A stretch of 64,000 nt of DNA from a virus (IMGVR_UViG_2541047712_000002); one strand, 5' to 3'. Positions 38,716-50,000 are shown, counted from the stretch's first letter. Notes: generated from the letters alone by a model not told the origin. Numbers and translations are program-made.

Positions 38716-39801
38716 ATGACTTTGCCATACGGCGTCATTTCTGACTGCCACTACCACAAATGGGATGCGTTCTCCACGACGAACGCTGAGGGGCTTAACT
38801 CCAGACTTGAAATACAGTTGGAAGCAACGAAAGAAGCAGCCATCGCCATGAAGAAGGCCGGTTGTAAGTACATGTTGGTTGCCGGTGATACATTTCACGT
38901 CCGAGGAACTGTGTCCCCTTCTGTTTTGCATTACGTAACTGAAACGTACAAGTGGATTATCAACGAGCTTGATCTGACAGTAGTAATGCTGGCCGGTAAT
39001 CACGATCTTGAAACCAACGATTCAGTATATAGCGCCAACGCAGCAGCATCGCTGAGTTCTATCGGCGTGGTAATCGTATGTGGCAAGCGCCCACACTCAA
39101 TAAAAATTGGTGATGTGACTGTCCACCTGATTAGCTGGCGTAACAATCATGCGGAGCTTATCAGCGATCTGAAAGCATTACGTAAGAGCGTAGAAGGTGA
39201 TAATCATGACGTTGTTATCCATACATCCATTAACAAAGCCATTCCAACAATGCCTGACGTCGGTATCGATGCGCAGGAGTTAAAGGATATCGGCTTTCGT
39301 CTCGTGCTTAGTGGGCATTACCACAACCACAAAGAGGTCATTCCTGGAGTTATCAGTGTCGGTGCACTGACTCATCAAAATTGGGGAGATGTTGGATCTC
39401 TGGCTGGCTACATGATCGTAAACCCGGACGGCAGTTTCAGTCACTACGAAACCAGTGCGCCTAAATTCATTAACCTGGAAGATGATGTTGCTGATGACCA
39501 AATTCGCGGCAACTACGTGCGTTTCCGCGCCGTAATTGAGAACGATGAAGAAGGCATTAAGTACCAGAACATCCTCAAAACAATGGGTGCAAAAGGTGTC
39601 GTGTGCAACTTCATCCGTAAGTCATCAATGATGGAAGGGACAGCCAGCACAACTGAAACCAGCAAAATCGATAGCCTGGGAGAGTCGGTATCTGCTTATT
39701 GCAAGATTGTCCACGATACTGACGGCGGATTTGATCTGAGCAAATTGGATATTTTGTGTCAGGAAATCCTCACCGAAGCGGAGAGTTCGGAGGCTGTGTG
39801 A
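38716..39801 (+). CDS. SbcD/Mre11-family nuclease (T4 gp47-like)
   Basis: calcineurin-like phosphoesterase motifs SDCHYH, LVAGDTFH, LAGNHD, SGHYHN. Confidence 0.85.
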   Translation: MTLPYGVISDCHYHKWDAFSTTNAEGLNSRLEIQLEATKEAAIAMKKAGCKYMLVAGDTFHVRGTVSPSVLHYVTETYKWIINELDLTVVMLAGNHDLETNDSVYSANAAASLSSIGVVIVCGKRPHSIKIGDVTVHLISWRNNHAELISDLKALRKSVEGDNHDVVIHTSINKAIPTMPDVGIDAQELKDIGFRLVLSGHYHNHKEVIPGVISVGALTHQNWGDVGSLAGYMIVNPDGSFSHYETSAPKFINLEDDVADDQIRGNYVRFRAVIENDEEGIKYQNILKTMGAKGVVCNFIRKSSMMEGTASTTETSKIDSLGESVSAYCKIVHDTDGGFDLSKLDILCQEILTEAESSEAV

Positions 39802-40030
39802 AGCAAAGTCGTTATGGGAGCTTTCGAGACTTTGCCATCACGATGAAAAGACTTGAACGAGGCCAGACGGTGATGTTTCACAAGCCCTACCCGCCACAAG
39901 GAAATCCCGTAGCGTTTTATCTTGGAAGGTTAACAAGAAAAGGCGTATTGAGGCGCAGATCCTTCCCGGCGCATACGGAGTTCAGATTGAAAGAAGGCCA
40001 AAAGCTAACACGCGGTATCAGAGGTGTTAT

Positions 40031-41947
40031 ATGAAGTTTTTAAAGCTCCAGGTTGAGAATTTTATGGCTATCGCCAGCGCGGAGGTCGAGTTAGATCAGC
40101 GTGGTTTAGTGCTTATTCAGGGTGTTAATAGTGATGATAGTTCCGCATCAAGTAATGGCTCTGGAAAGTCAACTCTAATGAATAGCCTGATGTGGTGTCT
40201 TTATGGCGAAACAGCTCATGGTGTGAAGGGTGACGATGTGTTGTCTACCGACCATGAAAAGAACTGTCGTGTTGCAGTAACCATCGAGGATGAAGGCAAG
40301 AGATACGCAATCATTCGTCACCGTAAACACAAAGAGTTCAAAAATCGTCTTATCGTTCGTGGTGAAGATGGCGATATGACGAAAGGCAAAGATGCGCTGA
40401 CGCAGGAGTTCGTCGAGCGTCTGATCGGTGCATCTAAAGAGGTTTTCATGGCTTCCATCTATGCGAGCCAAGAAGCTATGCCAGATTTACCTGGAATGTC
40501 CGACAAAAACCTCAAAACCATCGTAGAAGAAGCCGCTGGCGTTGACAGACTGACACGCGCCTACGCTATTGCTCGTGAGCGAGCTAATGCAGCTGCCGCA
40601 CGTATGGATGTGGTTAAAACCAAATTGGAGTCGACAATCTCGACCATTGAGGCAACACAGTCAGAAATTGAGTCAGCGAAAGCCTCCTCTGAATCATGGG
40701 AGCAAGAGCGTTCTAAACGTTATGACGATGCCCTGGCTGGGCTGGCCAGTGCCGAAGTTGAGTTAACGGAAGTTGAACTTGAGATCCGCACTCTTCCCGA
40801 ACAGATACGTGATACCGAGAAGGCAATCGAAAGTGAGCGCAAAAAGTTAGCCTCAAAAGAAGAACATGACGCCAAGTTGCTCAAAGTTCGTGGTGCGATA
40901 ACTGATATTCGGGCAAGCATCAAAGCTACAGAAAATAGTCAGGCTGATGCAATGAACCGCGCGCGTAATTTTAAGACCAAAGCAGAAGAGGTTGGTACTA
41001 AAGTGGGATCACCATGCCCTACTTGTGGCAAAGCCTACTGCGAAGAAGATCTATCAACGGTGAAGGAGAGTTTCATTGAACAAGCACGTCAGGAAATTGG
41101 TCAGGCGAAGACACTTGCAGAGGCAATGGCTAAACACAAAACGAATCTTGAGAAAGCGTTAAGCATTGAGTCTGCCCTTGTTAAAACGACACCTGATGTA
41201 ACGGCTATCATTGCCCGGATTGAAGAGCTTACGAAACAACTCTCATCTTTGCGTCATCGTGAGAAGGAGGTTGTTGCTATTGAGTCTCTTGTGACTCGTG
41301 CTCGTACTGAGGTCGATCGTATATCAAAAGAGATTAATCCGTTTATTGCTCTTATCGCCAGACACGAAGATAACTTGGTATCCAGTAAGTCTACCTTCAA
41401 GTCCTTAAAAGATGAGTTGAAGGCTATTCAGGAACAAACGTTGCTATTGGAAAAAGCTCGTCAGGTCTACTCTCCTGCCGGGGTGCGTTCTCATATTTTG
41501 ACGTCTGTTACGCCTTTCCTGAATACACGCACTGCCGAGTATCTCAATACGTTGTCTGACGGGAATATTACTGCTGAGTGGTCGACGATGGATGTCACTA
41601 AAAAAGGTGAGTATCGCGACAAATTCAACATTAGTGTGCAGAAGAAAGGTTCAAGTAAGTCGTTCCAGACCCTCTCTGGTGGTGAGAAGCGGAAGGTTCG
41701 CATTGCGTGTTCTTTGGCATTGCAGGATCTGGTTAGTAACCGGGCGAGTAAAAACATCGATTTGTTTATCGGCGACGAAATTGACGATGCACTCGATACA
41801 GCCGGTCTTGAACGCCTCATGGGTATTCTGGAGTCCAAAGCTCGCGAGCGAGGTACTGTGCTGATTATCTCCCATAAAGAGATGAAGTCATGGTTCCGGG
41901 AAACTATTACGCTGGAAGTTAAAGAGGGGCGCAGCTATGTCGTTTAA
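40031..41947 (+). CDS. SbcC/Rad50-family ATPase (T4 gp46-like)
   Basis: Walker A NGSGKST, long coiled coil with CPTCGK zinc-hook-like motif, signature LSGGEKRKV, Walker B LFIGDEIDDALD. Confidence 0.85.
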   Translation: MKFLKLQVENFMAIASAEVELDQRGLVLIQGVNSDDSSASSNGSGKSTLMNSLMWCLYGETAHGVKGDDVLSTDHEKNCRVAVTIEDEGKRYAIIRHRKHKEFKNRLIVRGEDGDMTKGKDALTQEFVERLIGASKEVFMASIYASQEAMPDLPGMSDKNLKTIVEEAAGVDRLTRAYAIARERANAAAARMDVVKTKLESTISTIEATQSEIESAKASSESWEQERSKRYDDALAGLASAEVELTEVELEIRTLPEQIRDTEKAIESERKKLASKEEHDAKLLKVRGAITDIRASIKATENSQADAMNRARNFKTKAEEVGTKVGSPCPTCGKAYCEEDLSTVKESFIEQARQEIGQAKTLAEAMAKHKTNLEKALSIESALVKTTPDVTAIIARIEELTKQLSSLRHREKEVVAIESLVTRARTEVDRISKEINPFIALIARHEDNLVSSKSTFKSLKDELKAIQEQTLLLEKARQVYSPAGVRSHILTSVTPFLNTRTAEYLNTLSDGNITAEWSTMDVTKKGEYRDKFNISVQKKGSSKSFQTLSGGEKRKVRIACSLALQDLVSNRASKNIDLFIGDEIDDALDTAGLERLMGILESKARERGTVLIISHKEMKSWFRETITLEVKEGRSYVV

Positions 41948-42680
41948 ATTAAGCCGCTCGCAGTTTTTGCAGGTATTTGCAGTGATGCAGTCGATAAAAC
42001 TGATCAATGGGCATACTTCCAATGGTGCGGCTCCACGTATTCTGTGGGGCAGCAACAATATTGACGGAGTACAATTCGCCGCGTTGCTTGGTCTAATATC
42101 CGAGACGCCATTGATGCAAAGTTTGAAATCACTACCACCTGGATGTATTGCGCCGATCCTGATTAATCCTTTTGTTGAGGGGGGATATCTTCCCAACGTC
42201 GGGCCTGGGTTTATTGCATCCCATGAAACTGAAGATCTTAACATTAATAGCGAAGGGTTCTTTGGGGGAATGGGTGCGCATCACTGTATGGCTTTCACGA
42301 ACCTTATTCGACTTGCCAATAAGCGGGTGGATAGTTTGGCATCGCCAGGTGATGCTTTTACTGGTTTCCTTATCCAAAGGAGGGATAAAAAGTACAGTGC
42401 GGACAAACTACAGTTTGTTGGTAAGTATGGAGAAATGGTAGAAATCGAACTTCAGCTCCCTCATGTTTTAGCAAACGATAGTGCAGACAGTCGGAGGCTA
42501 TTGGGCATCATGCGTCATTTCATAGCAAGTGGTGTTAAACATGCCGCAGATAAACGTGTCACGCAGGAAAATGAGTATTCAGACTTTGCAAACTATCCCC
42601 AACCAACGTTGCAAACGGCAATAGTAGCCAATTCGTTGGAGGCGAGATTATTGGAAAACCCTATATGGGGAACATGGTAA
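41937..42680 (+). CDS. hypothetical protein
   Basis: 247-aa ORF overlapping the SbcC-like stop. Confidence 0.4.
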   Translation: MSFKLSRSQFLQVFAVMQSIKLINGHTSNGAAPRILWGSNNIDGVQFAALLGLISETPLMQSLKSLPPGCIAPILINPFVEGGYLPNVGPGFIASHETEDLNINSEGFFGGMGAHHCMAFTNLIRLANKRVDSLASPGDAFTGFLIQRRDKKYSADKLQFVGKYGEMVEIELQLPHVLANDSADSRRLLGIMRHFIASGVKHAADKRVTQENEYSDFANYPQPTLQTAIVANSLEARLLENPIWGTW

Positions 42681-42689
42681 GGAGACTAT

Positions 42690-43259
42690 ATGAGTAAAAA
42701 AATCAGCGTAGTTGGTGTTGATCCCTCAATGAGCAACTTTGGGCTTGCTGTGGGCACTTTAGACCTTGAGACGGACGAACTTGAGATTCACGGCCTTACT
42801 CTTGTTGAGACTAAAGCGGGGAGTAACAAAAAGACCGTTCGTGTGAACAGTGACGATCTGCGCCGCGCCAGTGAAATATGGCGTGTTGCGAAGCCAATCA
42901 TTGATAAGGCAAATATGGTTTTTTGTGAGCTACCGGTTGGGAGCCAAAACTCTCGTTCGCAGACGTCTTACGGTATTTGTATCGGTGTACTTGCGTGTGT
43001 GGATAAGCCATTGATCCAGGTTACTCCAAACGAAATCAAGCATTTTGTCGGCAATAAACTTACTACATCGAAAGAAGAGATTATCCAGTGGGCTACGAAA
43101 AAACACCCTAAAGCACCGTGGCTGCGTCGTAAGCAATCTGGACAGGATGTTCTCGTGAACAAAAACGAACATTTGGCTGATGCGGTGGCTGCCATCCATA
43201 CCGGTATGCAAACAGATCAGTTCCGCCAGGTGCGCGATGTTCTTAAGTCTCTCATTTGA
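42690..43259 (+). CDS. RuvC-like Holliday-junction resolvase, tentative
   Basis: VVGVDPS (Asp), FCELP (Glu), HLADAVAAIH (Asp) spaced like RuvC catalytic residues. Confidence 0.55.
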   Translation: MSKKISVVGVDPSMSNFGLAVGTLDLETDELEIHGLTLVETKAGSNKKTVRVNSDDLRRASEIWRVAKPIIDKANMVFCELPVGSQNSRSQTSYGICIGVLACVDKPLIQVTPNEIKHFVGNKLTTSKEEIIQWATKKHPKAPWLRRKQSGQDVLVNKNEHLADAVAAIHTGMQTDQFRQVRDVLKSLI

Positions 43260-43293
43260 TTTCATTGATAGGTAAGTGCTTATCTATTAACAT

Positions 43294-43322
43294 GGGCCAC
43301 TATATTTAGTGGCCCTCTTTAT
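43294..43322 (+). terminator. terminator hairpin
   Basis: gggccac-tatattt-agtggccc hairpin then T-rich tract. Confidence 0.5.
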
Positions 43323-43332
43323 TTGGTGATAC

Positions 43333-45648
43333 ATGATAAGCATCGTAAAACGTAACGGCCAAACAGAGCCGTTATCCGAAGAAAAATACAACCGCGTCGT
43401 AATGTATGGCGTAGAAGGCATTCGTGGTGTAAGCGCATCCGCTGTAGCAATGGGAGCTGCGGCCAGCATTTTTGATGGGATTACCACCAGCCAGTTGCAT
43501 GAGGCTTTGGTTAAATCTGCCGCTGATTTGATCTCACCAGAAGCACCAAATTACTCACAGGTGGCTGCCCGCCTGAACATTTTTAAAATCCGCAAAGATG
43601 CCTTCGGTCGTTACGACTATCCGAACTTCTACCAACACATTGTCAAGAACGTTAACAAGGGCGTTTATGACAAGGATTTGCTGACACATTATTCGTTTGA
43701 AGAGATCGAAGAACTCGGCAATTACATTAAGCCGAAACGTGACGATCTTTTTGGCTATGCAGCTACGGTGCAGTTGCAAAGCAAATACCTCGTTCAAAAC
43801 CGTGTTACTGGTGAGATTCATGAGGGGCCGCAACATATCTATATGCTGGTAGGCATGTGTCTGTTCCAGAATTGGGAAGACGACTGCGCTGGCAAAACAC
43901 GTATGGAGATGGTCAAAGGTTTCTATGACGTTACAAGTACGTTCAAACTGTCTCTGCCCACACCAATCATGGCCGGCGTCCGTACTCCAACCCGTCAGTT
44001 CTCCAGTTGTGTGCTGATTGAGTCTGGCGATAGTCTGAAAGGGATTAGTGCAGCTTCAGCCGCAATTATCGACTACGTTTCACGTCGTGCTGGAATTGGT
44101 ATTGGTTTTGGCCGTATCCGTGCGCTGGGCAGCGAGATCCGCAATGGTGAAGCCACCCATACTGGAGTTATTCCATTCCTGAAGCATTTCCAGACGGCTG
44201 TTAAATCTTGTTCGCAAGGTGGTGTTCGTGGTGGCGCAGCAACAGCGTTTTACCCGATCTGGCATCTTGAAGTTGAAAGTCTGCTGGTGGTGAAAAATAA
44301 CCGTGGTATTGATGAAAACCGCGTTCGCCATCTTGATTACGGCGTCATGAGTAACCGTCTAATGTACCGTCGACTCGTCAGAAGCGAGAACATCACTCTG
44401 TTCAGCCCGCATGATGTGCCTGATATGTACGAAGCCTTCTTCACAGACCAGGATCTGTTTGAAAAGCTGTACCATAAATACGAAGCCGATGATTCAATTC
44501 GCAAGAAGTCAGTACCTGCCATTGAGCTGTTCTCATCTCTGATGCAGGAACGAGCGTCCACGGGCCGAATTTATATTGCGAACGTCGATCATATTAACGA
44601 GCATGGCGCTTTCATTCCTGCTCTTGCACCTGTTCGCCAGTCAAACCTGTGCATGGAGATCACTCTACCCACCCGTCCACTGGCATTTACCGACGACCCG
44701 AACGGTGAGATCGCGCTATGCACTTTATCCGCTTTTAACCTCGGAGCCATCCGTTCACTGGAGTCTCTTAAAGAGGTGGCGTTCTATGCCGTTGCTGCAC
44801 TGGATTCGTTACTGGATTATCAAGACTATCCGATGGAGGCAGCCGAAGTGCCTGCCAAAGCTCGTCGTAGCCTGGGAATTGGTGTAACCAACTTTGCTTA
44901 TTACCTGGCAAAGAATGGCGTTCGTTATTCTGATACCGCTGGCAATAAACTGGTGCATGAAACGTTCGAAGCTATCCAGTATTACCTTCTTGACGCCAGC
45001 TGCCGACTTGCTGAAGCAAAAGGTGAGTGTGACTGGTTTGAGCAGACCAAATACGCAATTGGTCAGTTGCCGATCGACCATTACCGTTCTTCATTAGACG
45101 AAAGCGGCGAAACCAACTTTGAGTTAAAGATGCCGTGGGAAGAACTGCGTGAACGTATTGCAAAATACGGCCTTCGCAACTCCACTCTGACGGCACAAAT
45201 GCCATGCGAGACTTCCAGCCAGATCACTAATTCCACCAACGGCATCGAACCGCCTCGTGGCCCGGTGTCGGTGAAATCTTCTAAGGACGGCATCGTTAAG
45301 ATGGTCGTGCCTGAGTTTGAAAAACTGAAGGAACAGTATGAATACCTGTGGGATATGCCGGACAACCGCGGCTATCTGACAAAGGTGGCGATCATCCAGA
45401 AGTTCTTTGACCAGGCTATTTCAGCTAATACCAACTATGACCCTTCTCGCTTTGAAGGCGATAAAGTCCCAATGATGACGCTACTGTCAGATTTGCTTCT
45501 CGCCTACAAGATGGGAGTTAAAACGCTTTACTACCACAACACCAGAGATGGTGCAGGAAAGCGTGATGACGACGAAGCGCAGAATCCACTTACGCAAGCT
45601 GTAGCCGTCGAGCCAGAAGATGAGTGCGACGGAGCCTGCAAAATCTGA
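43333..45648 (+). CDS. nrdA: ribonucleotide reductase class Ia large subunit
   Basis: 771 aa, N-terminal ATP-cone, strong E. coli NrdA-like blocks, C-terminal CDGAC tail. Confidence 0.9.
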   Translation: MISIVKRNGQTEPLSEEKYNRVVMYGVEGIRGVSASAVAMGAAASIFDGITTSQLHEALVKSAADLISPEAPNYSQVAARLNIFKIRKDAFGRYDYPNFYQHIVKNVNKGVYDKDLLTHYSFEEIEELGNYIKPKRDDLFGYAATVQLQSKYLVQNRVTGEIHEGPQHIYMLVGMCLFQNWEDDCAGKTRMEMVKGFYDVTSTFKLSLPTPIMAGVRTPTRQFSSCVLIESGDSLKGISAASAAIIDYVSRRAGIGIGFGRIRALGSEIRNGEATHTGVIPFLKHFQTAVKSCSQGGVRGGAATAFYPIWHLEVESLLVVKNNRGIDENRVRHLDYGVMSNRLMYRRLVRSENITLFSPHDVPDMYEAFFTDQDLFEKLYHKYEADDSIRKKSVPAIELFSSLMQERASTGRIYIANVDHINEHGAFIPALAPVRQSNLCMEITLPTRPLAFTDDPNGEIALCTLSAFNLGAIRSLESLKEVAFYAVAALDSLLDYQDYPMEAAEVPAKARRSLGIGVTNFAYYLAKNGVRYSDTAGNKLVHETFEAIQYYLLDASCRLAEAKGECDWFEQTKYAIGQLPIDHYRSSLDESGETNFELKMPWEELRERIAKYGLRNSTLTAQMPCETSSQITNSTNGIEPPRGPVSVKSSKDGIVKMVVPEFEKLKEQYEYLWDMPDNRGYLTKVAIIQKFFDQAISANTNYDPSRFEGDKVPMMTLLSDLLLAYKMGVKTLYYHNTRDGAGKRDDDEAQNPLTQAVAVEPEDECDGACKI

Positions 45649-45653
45649 CATAT

Positions 45654-45685
45654 GGTGGGGTATATCCCCACCTTATCTTTGATTT
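45654..45685 (+). terminator. terminator hairpin between nrdA and nrdB
   Basis: ggtgggg-tatat-ccccacc hairpin followed by TTATCTTTGATTTG. Confidence 0.55.
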
Positions 45686-45748
45686 GTAAGCCTTGTTTAA
45701 ACACATAAGATAACAACTTGTTTAAACACATCAAAAAAGGAAAAACAC

Positions 45749-46891
45749 ATGTCATATTCAACGTTCCGTTTGGGTGCTAATGATGCAACCAAAGAGCCTA
45801 TGTTCCTCGGACAATCTGTCAACGTGGCTCGTTACGATCAACAAAAATACCGTGATTTTGAAAAGTTGATTGAACGTCAATTGTCTTTCTTCTGGCGGCC
45901 GGAAGAAGTTGATATTTCGAGCGATCGCATCGACTTCAATACGAAGCTGCGGGACCACGAACGCCACATTTTCCTGAGTAATCTCCGTTATCAAACGTTG
46001 CTCGATTCAGTTCAGGGACGTAGCCCAAACGCAACTCTGCTGCCGCTTATCTCTATTCCTGAACTGGAAACGTGGGTTGAAACGTGGTCTTTCTCTGAGA
46101 CTATCCATAGCCGCAGCTACACCCACATTATTCGTGGCATGGTGGACGATCCGAGTATTGTTTTTGACGGTATTGTTACGGATGAAGAAATCATCAACCG
46201 AGCCATCAGTATCTCTGCTGAATATGACAGGCTTTATGGGATGACCTGCGATCGCCAGTCGTTAGGCGAGAAGGAATTTGAGCGTCTGTACGTAAATGAA
46301 TATGGCTGGGAGCCATATCCTTTGCACCGTCAGCTTTTCCGCACGTTAGTGTCCATTAATGCGCTTGAGGCGATCCGTTTCTATGTAAGTTTTGCATGTA
46401 CGTTTGCCTTTGGCGAACGGAAGTTGCTTGAGGGTAACACCAAAATTATGCGCTTTATTGCCCGTGATGAAGCTCTGCATTGCGAAGGAACTGAACGCAT
46501 GATCCGCTTCATGCGTACCGGTCGCGAAGGTTTATTGTGGAAAGAGATTGCTGCTGATGAAGAAAACGTCATTTACGACACCATGAAATCAGTCGCCGAA
46601 CAAGAAATGAACTGGGCAGACTATCTCTTCAAAGACGGTTCGATGATTGGTTTAAACGCGGATACTCTGAAGACCTATGTAAAATACCGAACCAATCTGG
46701 CTATGAATCGTCTTGGCCTGAAGGCTTTATTTCCAGAAGTTACCACTGATCCGCTGGTCTGGATGAACAAGTGGTTGTTAACCGACACACTGCAAATTGC
46801 ACCACAAGAGGCAGAGCAAAGCACATATCTGGTAGGTCAGATCGATTCTACCGTGGACAAGGCTTCTCTAAGCCAGTTTGCAGACCTGTAA
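45749..46891 (+). CDS. nrdB: ribonucleotide reductase small subunit
   Basis: 380 aa following nrdA, ferritin-like diiron pattern; AAAGGAAAAACACATG context. Confidence 0.9.
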   Translation: MSYSTFRLGANDATKEPMFLGQSVNVARYDQQKYRDFEKLIERQLSFFWRPEEVDISSDRIDFNTKLRDHERHIFLSNLRYQTLLDSVQGRSPNATLLPLISIPELETWVETWSFSETIHSRSYTHIIRGMVDDPSIVFDGIVTDEEIINRAISISAEYDRLYGMTCDRQSLGEKEFERLYVNEYGWEPYPLHRQLFRTLVSINALEAIRFYVSFACTFAFGERKLLEGNTKIMRFIARDEALHCEGTERMIRFMRTGREGLLWKEIAADEENVIYDTMKSVAEQEMNWADYLFKDGSMIGLNADTLKTYVKYRTNLAMNRLGLKALFPEVTTDPLVWMNKWLLTDTLQIAPQEAEQSTYLVGQIDSTVDKASLSQFADL

Positions 46892-46968
46892 ACCGATACA
46901 AAGCATTATGTGGCCTGGCAACGCTGGGCCACAATGGATCACAAGAATTAAGAAGGAACAAAACTAGC

Positions 46969-47838
46969 ATGAACTTTACCAAACTGACTGACCACCTGAA
47001 ACTTGCCACCGATCGACTCATTGGATTTAAGCCAGAACCATATGAGTTGCATGAAGGCCATGGTGTAGCCACTGAAAGTATTTACAAGATGGTCGATCAG
47101 TTTCATGAACTCTTCCAGCATCCGAGACGCGTTATGCCGACACCAGAGCTGCTTCGTCTCCGTGCAAGCCTGATTCATGAAGAAGCTGTAGTGGAAGGTA
47201 TTCCAGCCGCAATGAATGGGGATATTGAGCAACTGCTGGATGCAATGGCCGACTTTTTATACGTTGGTGTTGGTACGATGGTCTCCATCAAAGGTGGTAT
47301 TTCTACCGGCATGACCTATTACACGCAGGAGCAGAGCATTGATCGCTTTATGCAGACAATTTTTGTGCCCGGTAACACTGTTTTCGATGATATGGCAATG
47401 CCATTTCAGGAAGCTCGTGAGGCGTCATGTATGCTCGAAGAGCTGGCAGATAAACTTGAGAAGAAGACTGTTAAGGATTCTGAGCTGATTCAGGAACTGC
47501 GCCGTGTAATGAACAAAATCTATGTGGCGTGCATGATGACTTATCGACTGGCTGATTTCCTCGGTATCAATGTCGTCGAGCTGGTTGGCGAAATTCATCG
47601 GTCTAACATGACAAAATTATGGCCTGCTGATGTTGAGGAACGTCGCCAGGCTGTGGCCAACTGCAAATACGACTCTTCAGATCTGGGATTCCGCCATGCT
47701 GATGGCACCGATAAGATGATCGGTTTTCGAATTTCCGATGGAAAGATTCTGAAGTCTCCAACCTATAGTGATGTCGATTTATCCTCCTTTGTTGAGCAAG
47801 CTAAAGCCTCAGCAATGTACGGAATGATCAAAAAATAA
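46969..47838 (+). CDS. MazG-like all-alpha NTP pyrophosphohydrolase, tentative
   Basis: two EExxE...D-type helices (IHEEAVVEG...IEQLLDAMADFLYV and LEELADKLEK...VVELVGEIHRSNMTKL); ATG 46969 with AGAAGGAA RBS used instead of the track start that overlaps nrdB. Confidence 0.45.
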   Translation: MNFTKLTDHLKLATDRLIGFKPEPYELHEGHGVATESIYKMVDQFHELFQHPRRVMPTPELLRLRASLIHEEAVVEGIPAAMNGDIEQLLDAMADFLYVGVGTMVSIKGGISTGMTYYTQEQSIDRFMQTIFVPGNTVFDDMAMPFQEAREASCMLEELADKLEKKTVKDSELIQELRRVMNKIYVACMMTYRLADFLGINVVELVGEIHRSNMTKLWPADVEERRQAVANCKYDSSDLGFRHADGTDKMIGFRISDGKILKSPTYSDVDLSSFVEQAKASAMYGMIKK

Positions 47839-47905
47839 TTGTAGGTAGTTATCTATCTGTGTATATTTAACATGCGTAATAAAACTCTGGAATGACTATT
47901 CGTTT

Positions 47906-47930
47906 TGGTGGCCTATGGCCACCATTTTTT
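47906..47930 (+). terminator. Rho-independent terminator
   Basis: ggtggcc-tat-ggccacc hairpin followed by ATTTTTTT. Confidence 0.65.
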
Positions 47931-48008
47931 TATCTGTCTGGTCTTGTTCTCTCAATGAATGTAAACTCACACGATGAATAAGTAATTACTTATCTTTGTG
48001 AGGTTTTT

Positions 48009-49112
48009 GTGTCACTCCTTTTGAATCGAGAGCATACGAACGGTCAGGTAACAAACGCATCGTATGCAAAAGTTATTGAGACGGTGCTTAAAAGCGGCGT
48101 GCAGGCTGATGATCGCACAGGCACTGGCACTTTAAGCACCTGCTACGTTCCCTCTTACTACATGCTTACTGGTGGGACTGTGCCGCTTATTTCTGGAAAG
48201 GCGGTAAATCTTAAGCCACTACTTGTCGAACTTGAGTGGTATCTGAAAGGCACGGGCAACATCCAATTTCTCAAGGATAACGGCGTTAAGATTTGGGATG
48301 CATGGGCCGATGAGAATGGCGATTTGGGGCCGGTTTACGGTAAGCAGTGGCGTCGATGGGAAGATACCCGCATCGTGAGCCATAGTGAATATCTGAGCAA
48401 GATCGCTACTTTCCGTGAACGCGGGTACAAAGTCGAGGGATACCTGGGTATCAGTGAAGATCGCGTAGTGCTGTCCCGTGAAATCGATCAGCTACAGCGT
48501 ATTGTCGATACACTGCGCACGAACCCTACCGATCGTCGCATCATGCTTAACGCATGGAACGTAGGCGAGCTTGAGGATATGAAACTGCCACCTTGCCACT
48601 TTGTCTTCTCTTTGTGGAGTCGTGAGCTGGATTTTGAAACCCGTTTAACGATGGCAACTGACATTGGTCTTCAACACAGTCGCCTCGGTTACGAGTCTAT
48701 CTACACCAAGATGCTATACGATCTGGAGATGGACGGCAGTGTTACTGAAGCTGAACTGGATGAACTTGGAATCCCCAAACGCATCCTCAACTCCTGCCTC
48801 GTACAGCGTAGCGTAGACACTTTTGTTGGTATGCCATTCAATATTGCTGGCTATGGCATTCTCACTCATTTTCTCGCGAAGATTACGGGTCACATGGCCG
48901 GTGCATTTGTGCATTTTGGCTTTGACGTGCATTTGTACAACAACCACATGGAAGGTGTGTGTGAGCTAATGAAACGACAGGCTCCAGAGCATTCAGATCC
49001 GGTCGTTATTTTCCCTCATGAATGGTCAGAGTTGGATGATTTCAAATGGGACGAGGTTTTAATTCTTGGCTATGACCCTCTACCGTGGATCAAGGTTCCA
49101 GTGGCGGTGTGA
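48009..49112 (+). CDS. thyA: thymidylate synthase (ThyA family) with two internal insertions
   Basis: DRTGTGT, WADENGDLGPVYGKQWR, AWNVGEL, PPCH catalytic Cys, PFNIAGY (uracil-specifying Asn), GYDPLPWIKVPVAV; 367 aa versus about 264 typical; GTG start. Confidence 0.85.
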   Translation: MSLLLNREHTNGQVTNASYAKVIETVLKSGVQADDRTGTGTLSTCYVPSYYMLTGGTVPLISGKAVNLKPLLVELEWYLKGTGNIQFLKDNGVKIWDAWADENGDLGPVYGKQWRRWEDTRIVSHSEYLSKIATFRERGYKVEGYLGISEDRVVLSREIDQLQRIVDTLRTNPTDRRIMLNAWNVGELEDMKLPPCHFVFSLWSRELDFETRLTMATDIGLQHSRLGYESIYTKMLYDLEMDGSVTEAELDELGIPKRILNSCLVQRSVDTFVGMPFNIAGYGILTHFLAKITGHMAGAFVHFGFDVHLYNNHMEGVCELMKRQAPEHSDPVVIFPHEWSELDDFKWDEVLILGYDPLPWIKVPVAV

Positions 49113-49113
49113 T

Positions 49114-49527
49114 ATGGCAAGAGGTATGTATGTCTTATGCGAAATTGAAGGTGTGCTGGCAAATGCCAGCCATCGTAAATCAGTATCTGACGCGGATGCA
49201 GGCCAGCTCATTGCCGGTGATGAACTCATTTTCCCCACCAGCCGTATGTTGCGTGGTTTTGCTCGCTCAGGGGCTGAAGTGGTGCTTATCAGTAGCCGCT
49301 CTGAAACTCTTGAAGCGCCAACTAAACGATGGCTGAAAGATTTTGGCGTTGATTATGACTGGCTTCATCTCGTACCGAATGGCACCAGTTATGAGAAGCA
49401 TATTAAGCGCACATTAGCGGAGCATAAAGGCGATCTGCTTATCGCTGCGCTGGTGCACGATCCTCGACTCCGTGCCGCTTTAGCCGACTCTCACCATCGA
49501 CCGGTCATCTATGAGGTGAGCAAATGA
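49114..49527 (+). CDS. hypothetical protein (nucleotide-metabolism operon member)
   Basis: 138 aa between thyA and the DHFR gene, translationally coupled (ATGA overlap with DHFR start). Confidence 0.4.
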   Translation: MARGMYVLCEIEGVLANASHRKSVSDADAGQLIAGDELIFPTSRMLRGFARSGAEVVLISSRSETLEAPTKRWLKDFGVDYDWLHLVPNGTSYEKHIKRTLAEHKGDLLIAALVHDPRLRAALADSHHRPVIYEVSK

Positions 49528-50000
49528 AGATGATCGCTGCTGTTGGCCGTAACTATGAGATCGGCATAGCGAACGAACTGCCCTGGCGTTGTTCTACCGA
49601 TCTGAAGCTATTTAAGAGACTCACCAAAAACGCCACTGTCGTTATGGGGCGTAAAACGATGGAAAGTCTCAAACGCCCTCTTCCAGAGCGTCATAACCTC
49701 GTTTTGACGCGCTCTCATGGCTTTGTACCAAATGGATTCTACCCTGCTGGTGTGGATGATGTGTTGCGATTACCAGAGCCTGTGTGGGTGATTGGCGGGG
49801 AACAAATTTACTCGCTATTCATGCCGCATGTTGAAGAGATTTGGCTCTCCCACATCGGCGTTGATGTACCAAACGCCGATGCATTCTTCCCGGCAAGCAT
49901 GATGCGTAACTTAGGCTTTGTGCCTGTTGAAACAGCTTATACCCAACGAGCCAGCGAGGAAGAGCCTGGCTTTTCGCAGATCGTATACAGAAGGTCGTAA
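49524..50000 (+). CDS. dihydrofolate reductase
   Basis: MIAAVGRNYEIGIANELPW..., VMGRKT, VIGGEQIY DHFR signatures. Confidence 0.85.
   Translation: MKMIAAVGRNYEIGIANELPWRCSTDLKLFKRLTKNATVVMGRKTMESLKRPLPERHNLVLTRSHGFVPNGFYPAGVDDVLRLPEPVWVIGGEQIYSLFMPHVEEIWLSHIGVDVPNADAFFPASMMRNLGFVPVETAYTQRASEEEPGFSQIVYRRS

Noticed and set aside
46771-46968. N-terminal extension of the MazG-like ORF overlapping nrdB by 120 nt
   Set aside because: The in-frame ATG at 46969 has a good RBS and lies after the nrdB stop; the upstream part is a non-ATG artefact of ORF calling.
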